A DNA stretch of 64,000 bases from the NCBI RefSeq assembly GCF_009914755.1, contig NC_060925.1; one strand, written 5' to 3'. This document shows, piece after piece, positions 55,276 through 64,000 of this stretch. Every line of letters starts with the position of its first letter. The first letter of the stretch is position 1. Origin of the DNA: the human T2T-CHM13v2.0 reference genome, Homo sapiens. The notes beneath the pieces are model-generated. The model was given only the letters and a program-made list of their open reading frames with translations. It made no database searches and had not been told where the DNA came from. The translations under genes and the position numbers were made by a program.

Positions 55276-56119
55276 GGCTTCCTGTAGTCCTCGGTTGCCT
55301 GGGAGGCAGCAGTGACTCTGCCTTCTAGAAGTCGTCTGAACTGTCTGCTTTCCAAACAGGGGCGACAGGACTGTGACTCGAGGTGATGGGTTGCTGAACT
55401 GCTCTGCTGCCAGACACATTTTGCTGGCTTCTCATAATGTCACTGAGATCTGGGAAATGGACCAAGCACGATTTCCAGCTAAATGAAACACTTTGGGGCC
55501 ATCAGCTAAATAGATGATGCTTTTGAGAAAACCCCATGAGCATTGTGTCAGACAGGCCGTGGGACCCTGCAAGCCTGTCTTTTTCTGTGCTCGTCTGGGT
55601 GATGAGACATCGCCCGGGCTGGTTCCATGAGCACCTCTGGCTGTGAGGACCTGCGTCTTCTGTCTCAATGCACCTGCGGGGAGGCTGAGATTTGATCCTC
55701 ATGGAACATTCAATCCTTTCTGCATCTCGCTGTCTTCCTGCCCTCCTCTTTCTCCCTTCCTCTTGCCTGACTGTTGACTACAAAATAGGATATTATTTAG
55801 GAACGTGTCCTTGCCTCCCTCCCTGGCTCTACATCACCCCATGACATAGTGGCTGTGCTCAGGCGGAGAGTGAGTTATGTTTCTGTGGGCAGGAGTGGGT
55901 CATGAGTCCTGAGTCCTCCCTAGACAGCCCCAGCCCTTTCTCTTTGTTCCAAGGGGCCCAGCCACCATATTGATTGTTTCATCCCTCTGCACTGCCCAGA
56001 GCTGCCTCCTGGAGCACGCTCTCTTCTTTCCTGATGGCAACGGTCCCACCTGATGGCAATGGTCCCTGGGCCAGAGGATGCCCATTGGTCTTCATGGAGG
56101 GAGCTTGGGTCAGGCCCAC

Positions 56120-56298
56120 TTGGTCTCCAATCCTGGCTTCGCCGCGTGCCAGCTCTGCAGTGGTGCCAGCTTATCCTGCTAAGCCTAGCTTCCTCTTCTA
56201 CGTGGGTATATCTGCCTCAGGTGCAGCTGTGAGGATCCGGGGTGATGCTCATGAGGTGCCCGGCACCCTGTGTGGCACAGAAATGACCAGAAAATACC
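56120..56298 (+). mobile_element. MIR (GC-shifted)
   Basis: aatcctggcttcgcc...gcttcctcttcta...tgcctcaggtgcagctgtgaggatccggggtgatgc...ctgtgtggcacag. Confidence 0.6.
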
Positions 56299-56474
56299 AA
56301 CTCACCCAATGCCAAGTCTTCACTGTCCTTAAGATCTCAAACCTTTTTTTCTTGATCTTCTTCCCTTGATGACCAACGCTCTTGTTCCTCTCGCCCTTGC
56401 GGGCCACCCCCTCATACATCTTTCCTTGGGCCACAACTTAGGCCTTTGCCTTGCCTTTACTTACCTGTTGATCC

Positions 56475-56832
56475 ACCCACCCACCCACCCACCCATCCAA
56501 CCATTCATTTCTTGCTTCATTCATCCAGTGATGTACTGAATGTTTCCTACATGTGTATGTCAGGCTAGGGTGAGCAAAGCAGATTCAGTGTCTCCCTACC
56601 CTAAACTTAGTGCAGGAGAGGATAGAGACAATGGAACAGGTGCATGTGCGTGTGAGTATGTGTATGTGTGATTGTGTGCGTATGTGTGTGAGTGTATGCA
56701 TGCGTGTGTGTATGTGTGTGTGAGTGTGTGATGGGAGGTAGGTGCTAACAGGGAGAGTCTTGAGAAATGGATACTAGGGTCACCTAACAGGGTCCTGAGG
56801 GGTCAGGAAAGCTTCATAGAGGAAGTGACTCT
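56475..56832 (-). mobile_element. L2 3' relic containing an imperfect (TG)n tract (56640-56730)
   Basis: (CCAC/CCAT/TCAT)n tail, tactgaatgtttcctacatgtg...caggctaggg, and ggtcaggaaagcttcatagaggaagtgac. Confidence 0.65.
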
Positions 56833-58249
56833 TACCTCCTTGAGCAGATATAAGCAACCTGAGGCCAGGGGTTGTGCTTTCTAGGGCCTCAGAACACCAG
56901 CATCGTCAACAGGTGAGTGCCTGCCATTTATATGAGGCCCTGGGTTTGCAAAGAGGGATGAATATGCAACATAAATAGTAATGCAAAGGGACAGTTAATA
57001 AATACTTGTCCGATGAATTCATGGATGCATGTGCCATTGCCAGGCTTATATTTGCTAAGCAATCTTCCCAGCATGTGTTAAATCTCTGACTCACCATGAA
57101 TAAGGAGCTTAGAAGAGCTCATTTGAGTTTCCACGTGGTTCATGAATATGCAAGCGAGATTCCTTTTAATCTCAAATTTTATTTTATTAGATGTATTTAC
57201 ATGTATTTATTAGTTCTCAGGTTTACCTTGGGGCCTATGGGATATTTAACGAAGGTATCATCCCATCTTCACTGCAGTTGTTAGAGGGCGGGGTGGAAGA
57301 TTGCTGAATAACTCGATCACCCCAGATGACCAGAGATCTTCTGGGTGTGTAATGACCACAGACTAATCTTAATCATAATCACTACCATGAACCCACATGA
57401 CATGCAGTTGTATAAAGGATGGGGCACCTTAACGTTTGTAGCACCTTTACATAAAGCCAGAGTGCTCAAGCCATCCTGGACCTCACCCGATGGGAGGGAG
57501 AATGATGCTCTGCCAGGTGGAGGCCTTAGGTCTTGTCAGTCTCCTTTTACTGCAGGAGAGGCTGCAGGCTTAGCTGGAAACATAATCGCTGCTCAAGGTC
57601 AGGCTGTGCCCAGTGGCCGAGGCGCTTGGTGAGCTTTCCACTGGATGGCCTAAATTTGCACCGCTCTGCAGGCTCTCGTCCCAGTTGGCAAGGGCGCCAC
57701 AGCTGGATGGCTCAGCGTCCACCCAAAGGGAAGTGGAAAAACCAGCAGCTGGCTGAATCTGAGAAGGTTTTCATGTTCCCAACGAGATCCAAGAGCAAAA
57801 CAGTTTTCTGAAACTATTTTCCACTTGCTAAAATTAAGGTTATTATTATTATTTTTCAGGAATCTGCTGTGTACGGGTTTTATTTTTAAATGTCATCATC
57901 GTTTTGTACAGGAGCACAAAACTCATGAATTCCGTCCCTGCTCAAGCGGGGTCCCAGGTTGGAGGCGTGACACCCGCGCCTCTCCGCTGGTGTCATTGAT
58001 TGCTAAGGGCAAGGCTCTAGGGTTAGTGGGGACCTGATGAAAGCCCACCTGGGGCTCTTGATGTGGGAGTGTTTGGTGGATATGCCTCCCTGCCCCGCTC
58101 CCCAGGGCCCTGCTCCGTAGCTGCTCCATGTCGTCTGGATGGTCCGTTGGCACCCTGCCCACCGCACTTCAGCTTCCCTTGCTGCCACCTGCATGGGCTG
58201 CTGCCCTGATGAGTCTCGGGTCACATGAGCTGCATCCTTATTGCCGCAG

Positions 58250-58263
58250 CCAGCAGATGGCAG
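58250..58263 (+). promoter_or_regulatory. Candidate CTCF core motif
   Basis: CCAGCAGATGGCAG fully matches the core consensus CCASYAGRKGGCRS; motif match only. Confidence 0.4.
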
Positions 58264-58329
58264 AAAGCGCCTTGACCCCATCGTCTAGTGTCTCCTTGAC
58301 TGAGATGAGGAGGCTGGAGGAGAGGCTAG

Positions 58330-58705
<376 letters not shown>

Positions 58706-59956
58706 AGCAGATCTCTTTTATTACCCAGAAAGACCTCTACTGTCACCCTTTCCCTCCCCACCAACAATATCCTGGGAGCCTTTTCTCCGAGTGGCCCTGG
58801 GAATTCTTCATTTAAGGCATTGGATTTCCCTTGGAACTTCCCTTTCCTGGGGGTGTGGGTGGGGTGTTGCTGAGAACACCTGGGAGGGTCCATCAACAAC
58901 CCATCAAGAGTGGCGAGGCCGGCACCCCAGTGCAATGTGCCAGCGGGGTTGACAGCTACCCCAGAGGAAAGGGTGGAAGCTCAGACACTTAGCAGGATTT
59001 CGGGGGTTCACTTCTCTGCATCAGTCCCTCTTTGGAGAAGGTCACAGGCGCATGATCATAGACTTTTGGTTGGCTCAGAGTTCCCTCGACAGTGGCATTT
59101 CCAGCTCAGAAGTTCAGGGTCTAGTCTCCCTGCAGGAAGATGGTGAGTGACAGAAACACATCCCCTCGACTGTTCCAGTGTGGCTCCTCTGCTCATCCCT
59201 ACAGGGTTCCTGCCAGCAGCGAACCTTTCCGAGCCACTGATTCCTCATCTCAGGGGTTGGGATCCTAGCATCCCCTTTTGGGGGTATCCTAGGATGGCAG
59301 ATGTGGGATGGCCTGGCGTGTTCAGCCCAGTGCCTGTCCACAGCCCCTTGAGGCAGGTGTTTCCTTCTTGCCTTCTCTGGCTTTGAGTTCAGTTGTCCCC
59401 ACATCCCCTGAGGATCCAAAAGGGGCTTTTTAACTCTGCTCAATGAGAACTTTCCTTGAGGCCAAACACGTGCCTCCAAAGAACCCACTTTTAGGGGGCA
59501 TGCAGGCCAAGGTTTATTGCAGTAAAAGGAGGTGACACAAAGCTCACTGCCTCCCCCTCAAATTCCCGCCCCGCCACCTCACCCTCATTGCCTGCCCCTC
59601 GTGGAATTACAATCATCTGCTTGTTATTTGTGATTTCCACTTGCCTTCAGGCTGTTCCAGGCAATGGCTGAGTTTCATCACCCTTACATCCCTAGGACTG
59701 GGTGCAGAGCAGGTGCCCCGTGAATGCTTGCTGAGTTCATGCTGTAATCCCTGTCCTTTAATTTCATTTAAATTAACATCTTTCTCTCTGATAAAGATAG
59801 AACAGGCTCATTGAAGAACATTCTTACCACACAGAAAGATACAACAAAAAGCAACCAACTTCACAAACATCCTCTGAAGTCCCATTTCCCAGAGATAGCC
59901 AGGGTCAAGGTTTTAGAGAACTCAATGCTTCCGGACTTTTCCTTATGTACACATAG

Positions 59957-60454
<498 letters not shown>

Positions 60455-60644
60455 AACTGAAGCCATTTTTAGGGGTTTTCCACACTCTTCCTATCATAAA
60501 CTAGGCTGTGGAGAATGTCACTCTGTCCGTCTCTGTGCCCCTGTCCGCCCAAATTAGTGGGACCAACCCCTTTTACAGGACACCAACCCCATTTATAAGT
60601 AGTTTACAGGATGCTACTTTGCTTCTGTGAACTTATCCCTTTGT

Positions 60645-60950
60645 TTTATTGTTTTTCGTTTTTGTGAGATGGAGTTTTTGCTCTTGTTGCCTAGGCTGAC
60701 GTGCAATGGTGTGATCTTGGCTCACCGCAACCTCTGCCTTCTGGGTTCAAGCGATTCTCCTGCCTCAGCCACCTGAGTAGCTGGGATTACAGGCATGCGC
60801 CACCATGCCTGGCTAATTTTTTGTATTTTTAGTAGAGACGGGGTTTCTCCATGTTGGTCAGGCTGGTCTCGAACTCCCAACCTCAGGTGATCCACCTGCC
60901 TCAGCCTCCCAAATTGCTGGGATTACAGGCATGAGCCATTGCTCCCAGCC
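60645..60950 (-). mobile_element. AluSp
   Basis: gcaatggt...ctcaccgcaacc, gggtttctccatgttggtcagg diagnostics; TSD gaact(t/c)atccctttgt 60629-60644 / 60951-60966. Confidence 0.94.
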
Positions 60951-61642
60951 GAACTCATCCCTTTGTAAACGTCAAGTTTCTCCTGTGTGGGCCAATGTTC
61001 CTGGGGGCTGCCTGGGTTTCCTAAAATGGGGGTAATGATCTTTTATGACAAGGGGCATCCTGAGGAGTGACCAGTGACTGAGAAAACCTGGTAGTCTCTC
61101 TTGCTGCAACAGGATTGTATGCTGCGTGAGGACAGGAAGGGCTGTTTCTTCTAGCCCCTCCCCTCCCCAGGACTCCTCACCCAGGGCCCCTGCACATGGG
61201 GACTCGGGGTGGCTGCTGACTGCAAGAAAGAAGGGCCAAGGCGGGAGCCCCAGGCTGGCAGCGCTTTGTCCCTCAAACCTGCCAAAGGTTGTCGCCAGGC
61301 TTTGCACTCATCTTCTCAGCCACCTAGCTCCCCTGGCAGTAAAACATTATTTTCTATGAAATGATATGTCTGACATTTACCAAATTTTTATGTGACAATT
61401 TAGAAGGAACTGGTTGCATTAAACAGCCTTATTAATATTGCAGTAACATGATTGGGGAACATCATGGCTGTTAGACCACAGGGCTCTGATTTATAAGCTC
61501 TGGAGGCACAGAGGTCTCCATTGACCAAAACACCTTCAGCTCAATTCATGTATGGTTATCGAAATCCAGAGATGCAGTCCTGTGATCACGCAGCCCGTCA
61601 AAACAAGGGTGGTGTTGCGAGCTCTTCAAGAACTCCGGACTC

Positions 61643-61702
61643 AGCTGGGCATGGTGGCTCACGCCTGTAATCCCAGCACTTTGGGGGGCCGAGGCGGGCA
61701 GG
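61643..61702 (+). mobile_element. Alu 5'-terminal 60-bp fragment (3' part missing)
   Basis: agctgggcatggtggctcacgcctgtaatcccagcactttggggggccgaggcgggcagg, then an abrupt switch to unique sequence. Confidence 0.9.
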
Positions 61703-62740
61703 TTCATGGCAGTAGTCAAGTGGGGCTCGTGCATGTGAGCCCTCGGCATAGCTCCTGACTCTCACTTCGTGCTCAGCAGGTGTGGGCTCTCACTGGGGTT
61801 CCAGCAGGGCCCTGTGGTCTCTGTTCCCAGCCCCAGTTAGGAACACACTGGAGATACTTTTGGAGACTCTTCTAGATCTGCAGAAGACCCCAAGATAAAG
61901 GGCTGTGGCTCTCCCAGGGGTTTTCAGCCCTCTGGGGACAGACATGTGGAGCAAACTGTAATGAAGCAAGAGCACCTACAGGGGCCTCGGACCGGGGATG
62001 GCGTTGCGGCACAGGAGGGGTGAGAACCTGCCAGCAGAGCAGGAGGCAGTGGCATTCGGGATTGGCCCTGAGGAACCAACCAGGATGCTGGACTTTGGCC
62101 AGGGGATGAAGCTCTGGGTTTGAAATAGGAGCCTCATGATCCACAGCTGCCTTGGGGCACTTTGGACTAAGGTGACAGTGTGTGCTGTGACACCAAGGCC
62201 TTAGGGCACATTGTGCTGCTGGAGGGGGATGGGTTTGGGTCAGGGGGCTTAAGGATGCATGGGAAGGGGCCACAGAGCAGGCTGAGCCCAGGGGGAGGGC
62301 TCTGCACACAGCCCAGGAATTCCCTTCACAGCAGTACAGAAAGTGTGTGCGTCAGGACAGGCATCTCCCTGGAGCAGGTGGAGGGGAGCCCAGAGGGCAG
62401 CCCCGCAGAGTCCAGGAGGAGATGATGAGGCCACCCCAGGGACAGCAGGGCCTGGGGCAGAGGAGGGAGAGTGGAGGTGAGAGCAGAGGGGGCTGAGAGA
62501 GCTCTAGGGGACAGGGGTTGCTGTCCTTCCATCCTCCCTGGGCCTTCTGCACGGCTTTGCCCTGGCACTGTGGGCCATTTCCCAGATTTGTAGAGGTTGT
62601 CAAATGCACCCCTGTTCCCAGGGAGCCGGGAAAGTGAGGGCAGATGGTGAAGTGTTGCAGGGCTGGACCACGAGGCAGCTGGAGGCCAGGACAATGGACT
62701 GGGCAGGGTTGCAGGGCCAAGTGCAGTGGTGAGAGCAGGT

Positions 62741-62988
62741 GAGAGGAGGGGAGGGGAGGAGGGGGGTGTGAAGGGGAGAAGGAAGGAGGGCAGGAGGAGG
62801 GGAGGGGAGGGGAGGACCAGAGGAAGCGGAGAGGAGGTGGGGGGGTGAGGAGGGGAGGATTGGAGGAGGGGGAGGGGGTGAAGAGGGGGAGAGGAGGGTG
62901 AGGAGAGGAGGGGAGGGCAGGAGGAGGGGAGGCTAGGAGGAGAGGGGGAAGGAGAGGAGGAAGGAGAGAAGGAGGAGAGGGGAGGAGG
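62741..62988 (+). repeat. GA-rich polypurine low-complexity tract
   Basis: ~250 nt of GGA/GGGA repeats; 62935-62988 is purely purine. Confidence 0.95.
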
Positions 62989-63754
62989 CAAGAGCCAGTC
63001 TGGAGGGAGCGAGCCTGTGAGCCAGGAGCACAGAGGGCAGGGGTTGGGCCTCAGCGTCCTTCATGAAGAACTCAATTCTTCAATGGCAGAGGATGTTTCT
63101 TTTTCCTCTGGTTATAAAACAGTTGATGTTCTTTATAGAGAAGTTGAGCTACAGATAGGTAAAAAGAAGAAAATAGCCCGCATAGTCCCCCGGCTCCCCG
63201 ATGACCATTGGTGAGAAGTGGGGCCTGGTATTCACAATGACTCACATCCAGATGTTTCTTCTTGGGGTTTTGAGAGGCCGGTTGGGCTGAAGCTCCAAGG
63301 AATGACCTGAAGGCCCTGGTGAAGTGTTCCTGGGGCGCTTTCACCCCAAGGAGCTCTGAGCAGCCGGAGAAGGGGCTGAGGTATGTGGGCCTGTGAAGGA
63401 CAGGAGCACCCAGAAAGCCGGTTCCTAGGGTGTCCCCCCCCACCACATCTGGGGAAAGCCCAGCCTGGCCTGGCTCCTGGCCCGGCCCTGAAGCCTAGGT
63501 TTGAAATTGTGGCTTAATGATCCACAGCTGCGCTTTTGGTTGCCAGCGCCCTCCTGAAAAACTAAAGAAGGCCTTAGCAATTTGAGAGAGCTCTGGGAAG
63601 CAGGAATGAGGCCGGGGTCTGGGGAGGAGGGTGGAAGAGGAAGAAAGAGTCTTTGAGGGCACTGGCAACCCCCAGCTCTGAGCCTGTGCCCTCTCCCGGC
63701 TTTCTTGGGCTCCTGGGTGCTGTGGATCTTGGCTGGGCTGCTGCTCTGGGCTGA

Positions 63755-63770
63755 CCCCCCCCCCCCCCCC
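63755..63770. repeat. C16 homopolymer
   Basis: Sixteen consecutive C. Confidence 0.95.
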
Positions 63771-64000
63771 GGCAAAGCTCTGTGGAAAGCGCCTTACCTG
63801 CTTATCTCCCGCCATCTGGAACATCCTCCTGAATCTCTGCCTCATCGCCCATCATCTGTACCAAAAGCCATTCCTCTGATTCTAGTGTTAGTCCTGGCAG
63901 AGTGGCTGCAGTTGGCTGTCTTAGGTGTGCGAGAAAATCATTGTTTAGCCAAGGAGGTGGAGGGTGGAGGGTTATCCCTCAGGCTCTTCAGCTCGGGAGC

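Noticed and set aside
62326-62991. 221-aa Pro/Ser-rich ORF
   Set aside because: Translation artefact of the GA-rich tract read on the minus strand.

Overview
This is primate (human-like) non-coding genomic DNA, intronic or intergenic, and not a prokaryotic locus. I can support no protein-coding exon or gene name and could not place the locus. Over half of the window is interspersed repeats: about 20 Alu/FLAM copies, several with clear target-site duplications (TSDs); nested old L1M blocks at ~1-4.4, 12.6-19.6, 33.1-40.2 and 43.1-52.3 kb; younger 5'-truncated L1PA/L1PB/L1MA pieces; six MaLR solo LTRs; and MIR/L2 relics. GC-richer unique blocks lie between them. A full-length U1 snRNA retro-pseudogene sits at 52690-52854, a ~1 kb minisatellite at 10366-11420 and a polypurine tract at 62741-62988. 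Four unexplained structures stand out. (i) A 77-nt near-perfect pre-miRNA-like palindrome (26809-26885) lies inside the predicted Pol III read-through unit of an Alu with an intact B box. (ii) A 187-bp, 98%-identical local duplication (30647-30833 / 31232-31418) has its second copy bracketed by a 12-bp direct repeat and two perfect hairpins. (iii) An L1PB has a 47-bp flanking direct repeat and an internal 22-nt patch that matches sequence 1.57 kb away. (iv) Several further fold-back or template-switch scars are present. Repeat subfamily calls come from remembered diagnostic sequence, and boundaries of old elements are approximate.
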